DNA of 63,584 nt, filler included, from Chiloscyllium plagiosum (lineage: Eukaryota), in assembly GCF_004010195.1 (NCBI RefSeq). It is 3 parts of one record of this genome, joined end to end, with 100 filler letters (N's around TTAATTAATTAA, not from the genome) between each part and the next. Parts side by side here need not be neighbours in the genome. Positions count along the whole stretch, not along the records: positions 57,906 to 63,584 come from NC_057716.1; 2 more parts are not named here. One strand, given 5' to 3'. How positions within the stretch are numbered: the stretch's first letter is position 1; each line of letters starts with the position of its first letter. Position numbers and translations under genes: made by a program. The notes under the pieces were generated by a model that had not been told where the DNA came from, ran no database searches, and worked only from the letters and a program-made list of their open reading frames with translations. Positions 63,411 to 63,584 of this stretch are shown here, in pieces.

Positions 63411-63584
63411 AAGGAAAAGAGACAACGGCAAGGTGGCAACGTTGGCGGATCAGGGAGCAGACAACCTTCGGCCGAAGTTTTCTAAAGGTGAGGAAGCGCC
63501 TGTTAATCCTAAGGCTTCCAGTAGTTAGATTTTCTCTCAGTTAGTTTCTTGTCTGCTCTCCGACCCTCACCAACCCAAAAAAAA

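Noticed and set aside
63036..63528. ORFs of 131 aa (-) and 120 aa (+) as genes
   Set aside because: They overlap the LTR/PBS, have no recognisable domain, and are expected in GC-richer sequence.

Overview
This is eukaryotic, repeat-saturated DNA, almost certainly from a cartilaginous fish (shark), inferred from HE1-type SINEs and their partner CR1/HER1-type LINEs. I found no intact protein-coding gene, and nearly all track ORFs are decayed retroelement fragments or simple-repeat noise. The window holds many CR1/L2 LINE fragments, HE1 and a second tRNA-derived SINE family, and several Penelope-like element (PLE) remnants with minimal hammerhead-ribozyme motifs and 11-16 bp target-site duplications (TSDs). 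It also holds a TSD-flanked solo LTR, a 41-bp minisatellite that grew inside a LINE RT region, a 30-bp CA-rich minisatellite, a Vingi/Ingi-like RT fragment and six local duplications of 0.2-1.5 kb. Near the right end are a GPR139-like GPCR pseudogene (~61.5-62.4 kb) and the 5' end of an LTR retroelement or endogenous retrovirus with a tRNA-Trp primer-binding site. Four assembly gaps, two containing an artificial TTAATTAATTAA linker, mean adjacency across them is not guaranteed. All family assignments come from motif recognition by eye, not database searches.
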